A stretch of 64,000 nucleotides of DNA from Mobula hypostoma (Eukaryota), in contig NC_086107.1 in assembly GCF_963921235.1 (NCBI RefSeq), positions 96,908,001-96,972,000 of the forward strand, given 5' to 3'. Below are positions 39,433 through 50,474 of the stretch, piece by piece (within the stretch, counting starts at the first letter, position 1; each line of letters starts with the position of its first letter). The position numbers were made by a program, and so were the translations under genes. The notes below the pieces were generated by a model that ran no database searches, was not told the origin of the DNA, and was given only the letters and a program-made list of their open reading frames with translations.

Positions 39433-40009
39433 TCAGTTTGTGTGTCGTCTTTCACTGGTTCTATTATATTTCTTTGTTCTATTGTGAATGCCTGCAAGAA
39501 AATGAATCTCAAGGTGGTAAATGGTGATGTAGTATACACTTTAATAATAAATAGACTTTGAACTAATGCAGGGGCAGGCCTGGAGTAGAAGGGGCACCAG
39601 GGTATGGAGACATGGAAGAAGGGAATAACTGTGCAAAAATCCTTACCTCATACATCACTTCTGATGTGAACTACTTTAAATCTCAGATTTCAGATTAATT
39701 TATTGATGTGTACACCAGAGTGCATTGGCATTCCTTGCCTGAGTGCAGCGCACAGAGTAAGCATTTGTAAATATCATTACAAAGGCAAAACAGTCTGAAG
39801 ATGTACCAGTTGATAGGTTAATTGGTCATTGTAAAGTGTCCAGTGATTAGGCTAGGGTTAAATTGGAGATTGCCAGGAGGTGCGGCTCGAAGAGCTGGAA
39901 GGGCCTGTTCTGTCCTGACTCTCAATCAATGAACAAATGAATCAGTAAAATATTCCGAAGATTGTGGTGCAGTCTGAAGCAGGGCAAAAAGGAATGCTGA
40001 TTTGAATGA

Positions 40010-40400
40010 ATGAATTGAATTGAATTAATTTATTTAAATCTTCCATCTGACCCATGACATGAGGGAGTAAAAATCTTTGTGTTATGACTCCATCATAATG
40101 TACAGACATGTGAATTTGTAAGGCTTGTAGAAAGAAGCTGTCCCGTAGCCTGTTGGTCCTGGCTTTCATGCTGCGGTAGCTGCTGAAACAGTTTATGGTG
40201 GGGTGACTGGTGTCCCTGATGATCTTCCAGGCCTTCTTTATGCACCTGCTGCTGTAAATTCTTCGATGGAGGGAAGGTCACACCCACAGATGCACTGGGC
40301 TGTCTGTACCACTCTCTGCAGTGCCCAGTGATCAAGGTTGGTGCTGTTCCTTTACCAGCCAGGATACTCTCAATGGTGCCCTTGTAGAAGGTGTTGATAA
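40010..40400 (-). mobile_element. Rex1-type LINE 3' fragment
   Basis: Reads KARTNRLRDSFF with an (attca)n tail. Relatives at 16700-16970 and 52160-52730. Confidence 0.75.
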
Positions 40401-40704
40401 AGGAAGGAATTGAGAGAGAGAAGAAGATCCGAGAGCATGGCAGCACTTCAGGAAAGGAGATATGAAAGAAGTTCAGAAGTCTGATCGTAGTGGGGAAGAC
40501 GCTGCTCTTGTGTCTGGTCATCTAGACCTTCAAGCTCCAGTATCTTCTCCCAGAAGGTAGAAGAGAGAAAGGGGAATGTCCAGGGTGACAGGTATCCTTA
40601 AACATCAAAAGGAAACATGAGAGACAGCCCCAGTGGAGGGAATGGAGAATTTTCTCTTATTGGATGGTCCAAACCTGGTTGTGCTGTGACTGGCTGGAGG
40701 AGTG

Positions 40705-41050
40705 CTCTGGGCTCAGGATTAATTGTGAGTTTCAGTCCCGTTGTAGAGACGCTTGCATATAATCCAGGCAGAATCATACCCTCCAAGATGCTGCACAGTT
40801 TGTTGAAAGTTCACAATGAGACCACCTCTTTATTTGTGGGTGGACATAAAAAATCCCATTGCCGTATCTGAGTTTGTTCCAGTGTCCATCCACCATGTTG
40901 CCAAATCACCTCCACTGGCCCTTGTGGGGGCTCACTGCACACAAAATGAGCTTCCAAATTTCCTGGATTACAAGACTTTAAAATAACTTCACTGGTTGTA
41001 AGCTGCTTTGGTGTGTCCTAATGTCCTGGAAAGTGATAAGGAAATGTTCA
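40705..41050 (+). mobile_element. Ancient Deu-domain SINE (SacSINE1/AmnSINE1-like)
   Basis: gtggacataaaaaatcccattgc resembles the Deu core. The 3' part aacttcactggttgtaagctgctttggtgtgtcct resembles the recalled family consensus. Confidence 0.55.
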
Positions 41051-41280
41051 TTTCGTAATGCATAGAGAACAGCAAATTTTAAATAAGAAGAATTTTAAGG
41101 AGTGCAGCAGTTAGGGTTGAATTCCTGCCACGGTCTGTAAGGAGTTTGTATGTTCTCCCCGTGCCGCATGGGTTTCTTCCAGATGCTCTGGAGAGAGAAG
41201 AAGAGAGAGAAATTGCCTTTAAACTCACGAGAGAGCACAGGCCATCAACTTTTTGCTGTTGATGTTTCTGTAGCAGGCAA

Positions 41281-41421
41281 TTTCTTTTTTATGAGGTTGA
41301 GTTGTTAGCTTGATGCTCAGCCCAGCACGGATGGAAAGCATGCCAGGGGAGCCGGCTGGGTTCGAACTCGGGAGCCTTCACTCCGAAGTCCGGCGCTGAT
41401 GCCACTACGCCACCAGCCAGC
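41281..41421 (-). mobile_element. Short tRNA-derived SINE nested in another SINE
   Basis: The - strand reads GCTGGTGGCGTAGTGG (A box) ... GAGTTCGAACCC (B box) with an A-rich tail. A longer copy lies at ~51900-52156. Confidence 0.75.
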
Positions 41422-41699
41422 TAGCTGCTGTGGTTTCCTCCCATTTTTCCAAAGGCGTATGGGTTAGTGAGATGTGGGCGTGCTACATTGGTGCCGGAAG
41501 CATGGCAAGACTTGTGGGCTGCGCCTATCTGTGTTGGTCTTTGACACAAACGGCACATTTTACTCTGTTTCGATGTACACTTAACAAATAAAGCTACTCT
41601 TTAACCTTTAATATAAGCATCAACTTAATTAGTCAAATTGAAAGGAAACTAATAAAATTCAGAGTGCTGTAGGTACGAAAAGTAACTTTCAAGTGGTGT

Positions 41700-42990
41700 C
41701 AATACAGTCTTAAACAAATGTTCTCTGCAAAATCCGGAGTAGTGACTGCAACAAGTGCTACGTTGGTCAAACAGGAAGAAAACATGAGCATCAGCGAGTG
41801 AGCAGAGGGCACGACCCACTCTCGCCAGTATCAGCTCACGAAGACAAGAAGACACCATTTTTTAGATTAGATAGATTATGAAGACACGCAGTCCTCTTCT
41901 ATTGTCATTTAATAATGCACGCATTAAGAAATGATACAATATTTCCTCTGGTGTGATATCACAAAACACAGGACAGACCAAGACTGAAAAAACTGACAAA
42001 ACCACATAATTATAACATATAGTTACAACAGTGCAACAATACCATAACTTGATGAAGAAGTCCATGAGCACAGTAAAGTTCAAAATCTCTCAAATGTCCC
42101 ACATCTCACGCAGACAGGAGAAGGAAGAAAAACTCTCCCTGCCATGCCGACCACAGTCCGTCTCTGAGTCATCCGGAAATTTCGAGCCTCCGAATCAGCT
42201 CTCTGACACTGAGTACTGAGCGCCATCTCTGTCTGAACGTTTTGACCTCAATCTCGGTCGCCAACAGCAGGCAAAGCCGGGGATTTTGAGACCTACCCTC
42301 CGGAAGATTCCCAACCACGCAGTAACGACAGCAGCAAACGAGCGTTTCAGAAATTTCTCCAGATGTTCCTCTGTGCTTTCATGTCCATCTCCATCAAATC
42401 AGAATTGTCCACGGCCCCTATTTACCGGATACAATATCATTTTTCACCGGAGCGCTGTGCACGCGCGGCGCGCCGCGCTCTCTCCTCTCGCCGTCAACTG
42501 AACGACAAAGTCTTGACTCCAGCAAGAACAAGAAAAGAATGAGAATTTCTGGAAGTGTGGTTCCGTACAGAAGGATCCATCAACAAACCCATCGACATAG
42601 ATCCGGTATATGAACCCTTACGGAGAAAAGAGAAACAACAACCTCAACAATTAACAAATCGCCAGAAATCTCAGGGTCTGGACAGTGAAGGAAACACTTC
42701 CAATGGATCTCCTTCAAAGCTAGCCAATCAGAATCTTCTACTGCTGAACTGTTCACTGTGTTTTGAACCAGCTAACCAGATCACAACGTCCAATCAATAT
42801 CCACTTGTTCCCGGAAGGAGTAGATAAAGTGGCATTCCGAGGAGATAACATCCTCAATTGCACACTGATGTTGGCTTCTCAATTGGAGCTGAAATGTCTG
42901 CAAACACTTTGCCAAGCTCGGCGATCCACCAAACTTCCAAATTGTCTTAAATACGTTATGTGAAATAGTGAGTGACCGAGTGTAATATGC
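41700..42990 (+). mobile_element. Penelope-like element 3' part (GIY-YIG endonuclease remnant plus 3' UTR), split by an insertion
   Basis: NVLCKIRSSDCNKCYVGQTGRKHEHQ..HDPLSPVSAH before the insertion. EFLEVWF..SINKPIDIDPVYEPLR after it. Hammerhead motif at 42858-42903. Confidence 0.85.
41860..42496 (-). mobile_element. Non-autonomous non-LTR element with (TCTAA)n tail
   Basis: CpG-rich 5' end. The 3' end (aatgacaatagaagaggactgcgtgtc..tctaatctaa) recurs on the + strand at 51262-51385. Confidence 0.7.
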
Positions 42991-43319
42991 AGTCCCTGAA
43001 AATGAGGTAAAGGTAGACATGCTGAATAATTGCTTCGAGTCAGAAGAGGATCAAAGAACACAGAACATAAAGGATTAAGGGCTGAAAATCCCAACCGAAC
43101 ATGCTTGGGAACTGATTTGAACTCACTTCAGCAAAGTAATTTTCAAGAGGAGAAGTAACAAGAGTAGAGGCAGTCCCTGTGACTGGTTGACTTCCATACC
43201 ACAACCAGATGGGATGACTGATGAGCCCAAAGGATAAGAAGATAGCAGAAACCCAATGTATTGTCCTCCAAAATGCTCCCCATGCAGAAAATGATTGATC
43301 ACACTGAAAAATTGTATGC

Positions 43320-43385
43320 AGTACTGTGCACAAGTCTTAGGCACACATATATAACTAGGGTGCCTAAGACTTTTGCACAGGATTG
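43320..43385. mobile_element. Tc1-derived mini-MITE
   Basis: Inverted repeat cagtactgtgcacaagtcttaggcac / gtgcctaagacttttgcacaggattg. Confidence 0.7.
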
Positions 43386-43757
43386 TAGTAATTTTATGTA
43401 TTGCACTGTACTGATGCCGGAAAATAAAACAAATTTCATGACATACATGAGTGATGATATTCAGTAATGGGTCTCTATTGTGGACTGAGAGAAGGAAGGG
43501 GGCAGAGAGAGGGGAATCATAGTTGGGAAAAGATGAAGGGAGCAGGAAGCATCAGAGAGACATTCTGTAATGATCAATAAACCAATTGTTTGGAACTAAT
43601 TACATTGCCTGGTGTCTCAGGGCTTGGTGCGTCTGCACCTGCACCACACCACCCTCGCTACCCTGGCACTCCTCTGCCATCTGTTCCACACCCCTCCTGC
43701 AGCACTCCACCCTCGCAATTCCCAACAGACTTGCTCTCTACTCCACGTTGACAAATA

Positions 43758-45210
43758 CAGTACTGTGCAAACGTCTTAGGCACCTTTGTTGTGGCATCCG
43801 TTAGTCTCGCGAGACCATGGATCTGCGCCTGGAAAGTCTTGCTTCAGTCTGTCTTGGTAGAGCAGCGTCTGTTGTGGCTGTTGAGGTCCACATGGGAGTG
43901 ACAGTCTTGGCTGCAGTGACCACACTTGAAGGCGCTGTCCTTCAGTGTTGTCTTGGTGCTGTTTTTCCGACGAGTGCACTTTTCTTCAGCAGCAAGCCTC
44001 AGCTTCTCCTCTCCTCTTTTTAGACCTCTGCGTAGTTCCAGCCTCCAGTGAGAGCAATCGCTTGCGATGTCCTCCCACCTCTCGACGTTCATGATCAGTG
44101 ACTTCATATCTCTCTTGCAGGCATCTTTGAAACAAAGATTGGGCCGCCCTTGTGCTCTCTTGCCGGAGGCCAGTTCCCTGTACAGCAGGTCTTTCGGGAT
44201 CCTCCCATCTGACATGCGGTGTACGTGGCCCAGCCAGCGGAGACGGCGTTGTTGGAGCAGGGTGAAGAGGTTGGGTATCTGGGCACGGGCCAGGACCTCA
44301 TTGTTGGTGACTTGGTCAGTCCACATGATGTCCAGGATGCGTCTCAGGCTGCGAAGGTGGAAGGCATTGAGACGCCGCTGTTGTCTGTAGTAGAGGCTCC
44401 GGGTCTCGCTGCCGTAAAGCAGTGTGCTGAGGATGCAGGCCCTGTAGACTGCAACTTTGGTGTGAGTCGTCAGCTTTCTGTTCCCCCAGACTCTCTTTGT
44501 CAGCCTGGCGAATGTTGAGGCTGCTCGTTCGATCTGTCTGTTGATCTCGGGGTCTAGGGAGAGACTGTCCGTGATGGTGGAGCCAAGGTATGTAAACTCG
44601 TGAACTACCTCCAGCTCATAGTTGTTAATGGTAATGGCAGAGGGGGTGCCCAACGCCTTGGCCCAACACGTTGGTCTTCTTCAGGCTGATGGTCAAGCTG
44701 AAGTCCAGGCAGGCTCTTGAGAAGCTGTCCATGAGGCGTTGCAGTTGCTCTTCAGAGTGTGTTGCCAGTGACACATTGTCTGCAAACAACATGTCCCTGA
44801 TGAGTACTTCACGAGTCTTGGTTTTCGCCCTCAGCCGGGACAGACTGAACAGCCTCCCGTCTGATCTGGGTGGAGGTAGACACCATCAGTTGATGTTCCA
44901 AAGGCGTGCTTCAGCATGACTGCGTAAAAGATGCCAAACAGGGTTGGGGCAAGCACACAGCCCTGCTTCACACTGCTACGAATGTTGAAGGCCTCCGAAG
45001 AAGAGCCGTCAAACTGAACGACACCCTTCATGTCTGCGTGGAATGACTGAACTATCCTGAGGAGCCTCGGGGAACAACCGATCCTGGTGAGGATTTTGAA
45101 CAGGCCATCTCTGCTCACGAGTTCGAAGGCTTTCGTAAGGTCAATGAAAGCGACGTAGCGACCTTAGCTATATAAATACTGTATGCGGCTAAAACGTTTG
45201 CACAGTATTG
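43758..45210. mobile_element. Tc1-derived mini-MITE split by an RTE insertion
   Basis: TA|cagtactgtgcaaacgtcttag ... ctaaaacgtttgcacagtattg|TA. Confidence 0.7.
43787..45160 (-). mobile_element. RTE-clade LINE, 5'-truncated
   Basis: FIDLTKAF, VKQGCVLAPTLF and LFADN motifs. ORF 43844-44653 has FTYLGS..TLLYGSE..RRLRWLGHVHRM..IPKDLLY and a terminal C2H2-like CGHC..H..H. Flanking ACCTT direct repeat. Confidence 0.92.
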
Positions 45211-45423
45211 TACATCATTCTGTAAGAAATGTGAAGGAGAGATCAGGACATTATGGTTCAGTTGCACTGACCTTTCTTGTGAAGAAGTTTTCCAGTCTGT
45301 AGGTAAAAATAAAATATGAAGAATTTAATTTGAATCACAAGTCAGCAGATGTTCATGTTATCTTCATTTTCAGTGATGGAGACTAAATGTCACAGATACA
45401 TTGACTAACACTTCTCATACCAT

Positions 45424-45519
45424 ATTACCAGAATCTCTCTGAGATATCGAAAGATATTACCAGAATCTCTCTGAGATATCAAAAGGTATTACCTAAATCT
45501 CTCTGAGATATCAAAAGAT
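45424..45519. repeat. 30-bp tandem repeat, about 3 copies
   Basis: attaccagaatctctctgagatatc(g/a)aaag repeated. Confidence 0.85.
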
Positions 45520-47909
45520 AAGCAGTAAGTTAAGATAAGTACTTCAATGTACTGAAGAATTCACAGAATGGAACTGAGCCAGGCTCGCAACAAGTTCTGC
45601 TTAATGCCAGCTGTAGGAGCGGTGTATCTATTTTCTGCCTATCTGCATTATACTTTGTGTTGTGCCTTTTAATTAGTCATGTGGATTGGAGTGTGGTAGA
45701 AGCAAATGAGTACAGTCACATATTCTCGCTTTGTGTCATTAGTTTAGTTTGGTTAGAGAGTGGGTGAGCCAGGGAATTAATATGTTTTTTGTTGACCACT
45801 TATTTTGCTTATTACTCTAATGTTGTTATCGCCAATTTTGATTGCTCGTCTTTGCTGGCTTGGTGATAAAGGATTGAACACACTTTTTTCAACAGTGCCA
45901 AATCCCTCACTCAGTCTCTGAGTGGTTTTGGTTTGTCTTTCACGTAGATGCTACACCCGCCAGGGTGAAGTGGTTAGCACAACACTTTACAGTGCAGAGT
46001 TCAATTCCCCACCACTGCCTGCAAGGAGGTTGTACATTCTCCCTGTCACATTCGGGTACTCCGGTTTCCTCCCCCAGCCCAAGTTGGTAGCTTAGTTGGT
46101 CATTGTAAATTGTCCTGTGATTAGGCTAGGGTTATACTGGGGGATTTGCTGGGAGGTCTGGAAGGGTCTATTCCACATTGTATCTCAGTAGATCCATCAA
46201 TCAGTAAATAAATAGATAGGTAAGTAGATAAATAGCACTGAACTGTCCAATGGATTTGACTACCCTAATCTAATATTTCAAGAATGCTGTCAGGACAAAT
46301 CAAATAATATTCAGGCTCAAATATTGATATTGTCAGGGAATTTAAAACAACACTCGGACCCAGATATTCAATTGTCTTTTATTTCCATGGCCGCGTGAAA
46401 ATCGTTTCTCAGAGAGCGGCGATTCTGAATTATACAGTCCATAATGCTCCATTTTAAGACAAGCTACAGGCTTCAGGTCAAGGTTTCCTGATAGGGTAAA
46501 CAGGTGTAACAGTCCAATTATTTGTGAGACTGAGTAGAAGTTGCATTTCACAACAACCACTGCAGCTAGGGAAGGGTGGTTAGCAATTAGCTTAGCATCT
46601 TACTGGTATGTTTTAAAAATACTTGCTTTCCATATCCCCTTTTATTTTATTGACATTTCTGTTTCCTTCTACTAGGACATTCAGCAGTCACACATTATCA
46701 TTGACCCTCCAAATTCCCCCACAAACGCACATCGGGTAGCATTTTGTAGCATTTCATAAGAGCATGGAAATTCGGCCATCTCTCACTTTGGAGAGTCTGG
46801 TCACTTGGCTGTACTTCTACTCCCTGAGGGTAGAGAGGACCAAGAGGGTACGGACAAGGGAGGCACAGGAGCGCTTACAGGACTACTTTGAATTGGTAGA
46901 CCGGACTGTATTCAGGGATTCATCTTTGAATCTGGATGAGTATGCCACAGTTGCCACCAACTTCATTAAAGCCTGTGTGGACGAGTGTGTGTCTACAAAA
47001 ACTCACTGTACATTCTCAAACCAAAAGCTATGGATGAACCAGGAGGTTTGTTGTCAGCTGAGGGCTAGATCTGTGGCATTTAAGTCTGGTGACCTAGATC
47101 TCTATAAGGAAACCAGACATGTCTTGTGGAGAAACAAGAGAAAATCTGCAGGTGCTGGAAATCCGAGCAACGCACACAAAATGCTGGAGGAGCTCAGCAG
47201 GCCAGGCAGCATCTATGGAAAAAAGAACAGTCGATGTTTTGGCCCGAAACGTCGACTCTATTTTTTCCCATGACTTGCAGAGGGCTATTTCAAGAGCTAA
47301 GGAACAATTCTGAGTGAGGTTGGTGGCGACATCGGACGCACAACAATTCTGGCAGGGTTTGCAGGACATTACTTCCTACAAAGTGAAGCCCAATGGCATG
47401 AATGGCAGCGATGCTTCACTACCAGATGAGCTCAGCACCTTTTATGCCCGCTTTGAAAGGGAGAATATAACTACAGCTGTGAAGATCCCCGCTGCACCCG
47501 GTGACCCTGTGATCTCTGTCTCGGAGGATGATGTCAGGCTGTCTTTCAGGAGGGTGATCCCTTGCAATGTGGCAGGCACTGATGGAGTACCTGGTAAGGC
47601 TCTGAAAACTTGTGCTAACCGAATGCCAGGTGTATTCAAGGACATTTTCAACCTCTTACTGCTTCAGTGTGAAGCTCCCACCTGCTTCAAAAGGGCAACA
47701 ATTATATCAGTACCCAAGAAGAGCAGGGTGAGCTGCCTTAATGACTATCGTCCAGTAGCACTCACATCTATGGTGATGAAATACTTTGAGAGGTTGGTCA
47801 TGGCTAGAATGAACTCCTGCCTCTGCGAGTACCTGGACCCACTGCAATTTGACTATCACCATAATAGATCTATGGTAGATACAATCTCAGTGGCTCTTCA
47901 ATGGCCCTA

Positions 47910-48108
47910 TGATGTCGATGCTTCCCTTACCCCATCCCTTTGTCTTTCAAATTACTGATCTTTCAACCGAACCTACAAGCATTCTTCACATCCTTCCCCC
48001 TCCTTCATTCTTCAGTCCTGACGAAGGGTTCGGGCCCGAAACATCGACTCATCATTTCCACTGATGCTGCCCGACCTGCTGAGTTCCTCCAGCGTACTGT
48101 AAGTGTTC
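47910..48108 (+). mobile_element. Penelope-terminus insertion with hammerhead motif and 11-bp TSD
   Basis: TSD CAATGGCCCTA at 47899-47909 and 48109-48119. Contains agtc-CTGACGA-agggttcgggccc-GAAAC-ATC-gact. Confidence 0.8.
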
Positions 48109-49155
48109 CAATGGCCCTAGATCACCTGGACAATATAAACACCTGTGTCAGTATGCTGTTTGTTGTCTATAGGCCAGCATTTAACACCATCATTCCCACA
48201 GTCCTGATTGATAAGCTACAGAACCTGGGCCTCTGTACCTCCCTCTGCAATTGGTTGCTTGATGTTCTAACCAGAAGACCACAATCTGTGCAGATTGGTG
48301 CTAATATCTCTTCCTCGCTGATTATCAACACTGCTGTACTCTCTCTGTGCCCATGACTGTGTGGCTATGTCTAGCTCAAATTCCTTCTATAAATTGGCTG
48401 ATGATACAACTATTATTGGGAGAATCTCAGATGGTGATGACAGGGCGTACAGGAGTGAGATATACCAGCTAGATGAGTGGTGCCACAGCAACAACCTTGC
48501 AGTGAATGTCAGTAAGACCAAAGAGCTGATTGTGGACTTCAGAAAGGGTAAGATGGGGGAACACATACCAATCCTCATAGAGAGATCAGAAGTGGAGAGG
48601 GTGGGCAGTTTCAAGTTCCTGGGTGTCAAGATCTCTGAAGATCTAACCTGGTCCCAACATATTGATGCAGCTATAAAGAAGGCAAGACAGCAGCTAGATT
48701 ACATTAGGAGTTTGAGGAGATTTGGTATGTCACCTAAAACACTCAAACTTCTCCACATGTACTGTGGAGAACATTCTAACAGGCTGCATCACTGTCTGGT
48801 ATGTGGGGAGGGGGTGCTACTGCACAGGATCGAAAGAAGCTACAGAAAGTTGTAAAAATAGTTAGATTCATCTTGGGTACTAGCCCCTGTAGTATCCAAG
48901 ACTTCTTCGAGGAGCTGTGCCTGAGAAAGGCAGCGTCCATTATTAAGGGTCCCCACCACCTCTTCTCATTGTTGCCATCAGGAAGGAAGTACAGGAGCCT
49001 GAAGGCACACAGTCAGCGATTCAGGAACAGCTTCTTCCCCTCTGCCATCCGATTTCTGAATGAATACAGAACCCATGAACACTAGCTCACTTTTTATTTA
49101 TATTATTTCTGTTTTAGCACTATTTTTAATCTAACTATTTAATATATATTTTCAG

Positions 49156-49462
49156 GCATCCGTTAGCTTGCGAGACCATGGATCTGCGCCTGGAAAGTCT
49201 TCACTCTTCAGGGCGCAGGCCTGGGCAAGGTTGTATGGAAGACCAGCAGTTGCCCATGCTGCAAGTCTCCCCTCTCCAGGACACCGATGTTGTCCGAGGG
49301 AAGGGCATTAGGACCCATTGGGCTTGGCACCAGTGTCGTCGCAGAGCAATGTGTGATTAAGTGCCTTGCTCAAGGACACAACACGTTCCCTCGGCTGGGG
49401 CTCGAACTCATAACCTTCAGGTCGCTAGTCCAATGCCTTAACCACATGGCCACGTGCCCACA
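49156..49462 (-). mobile_element. tRNA-derived SINE with RTE-type 3' tail
   Basis: Head gtggccatgtggttaaggc..gagttcgagccc. The tail is nearly identical to the 3' end of the RTE at 43793-43840. A + strand copy lies at ~62962-63250. Confidence 0.85.
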
Positions 49463-50085
49463 CCTTAATATATACGTATACATGACTTATTTATTTATTT
49501 CTATATAATCGTGTATCGCATTGTACTGCTGCTGCTGCTAGGTTAACAAATTTCATGACATATGCCAGTGATATTAAACCCGATTCTGTACTGACCATCA
49601 AGTACATACTTACCCTAATCCCATTTTATTTTTCCATGTTCCATCAACTCCCCCTGCCCCACATCAACCCTGATCACATGAGCCCGTTACCCTAGCGGGA
49701 GTTTACAGCATCTAATCAAACCACCAACCTGCGTATCTTCGGGATGTGGGAGGAAACAGGAGCACCCAAGAGAAACCCTGCCAGTCTCAGGGAGAACGTG
49801 CAGACTCCACACAAACAGAGATCAAACCCAGGCCCCTGGAGCTATACGGCAGCAGGTTAATCAGCTGCACTGCTCTATTTAGTCAGGTACAACCATTCTT
49901 ACTGGGATACTTATCTAATATTACATGTCATTGGCGCTATCTTCAAGCTCAGATTTCAGACCATTGCCTCTTACTCTTCATGTGATGGACTTTATTTTCC
50001 CCTGACTTGTAACCCTTCGGGACTTGCAGTATTCCAGGTTTGTTCTATCAGGGGCACAAGAGATTCTGCAGGTGCTGGAAGCCTA

Positions 50086-50474
50086 CAGCACTGTGCAAAA
50101 TTCTCAAGCATCCCTAGGTTTTTTGTATTGTTTCAGGCAATATGGCCTCCACAGGGCCCTGATCTCAACATCATCGAGGCTGTCTGGGACAGAAGCAAGC
50201 GAGACAGCTAAAGCCTGCAGAAGAACTGTGGCAAGTTCTCCAAGATGCTTGGAACAACCGACCAGCTGATTTCTTATATAACTGCATGACAGAGTACCTA
50301 AGAGAATTGATGCAGTTTTAAAGGCAAAGGGTGGTCACACCAATTATTGATTTGATATAGTTTTTTACTGTTTACTCCTCTTGATGGTAAATTTAGAAAC
50401 TTTTCATTAGATTTGAAAGCATCTTCACCTTGCAGAATAATTTTTGCACGTGTCTAAGACTTTTGCACGGTACT
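50086..50474 (+). mobile_element. Tc1 deletion derivative
   Basis: TIRs of the same family as the mini-MITEs. Transposase C-terminus WPPQGPDLNIIEAVW..LQDAWN..VPKRIDAVLKAKGGHT. Confidence 0.85.

Larger units (their letters stand above)
46825..49590 (+). mobile_element. Rex1/Babar-type LINE ORF2 remnant with 3' UTR
   Basis: Reads CLNDYRPVALTSMVMKYFERLV, LDPLQF, KLADDTTIIG, KTKELIVDFRK and RFRNSFFPSAIR. Interrupted by three short insertions. Confidence 0.9.

Noticed and set aside
41345..41421. Possible tRNA gene (also 52080-52156, 49385-49460, 62962-63030)
   Set aside because: A and B boxes are present, but they run into SINE bodies and tails, and the stems are imperfect. These are SINE heads.
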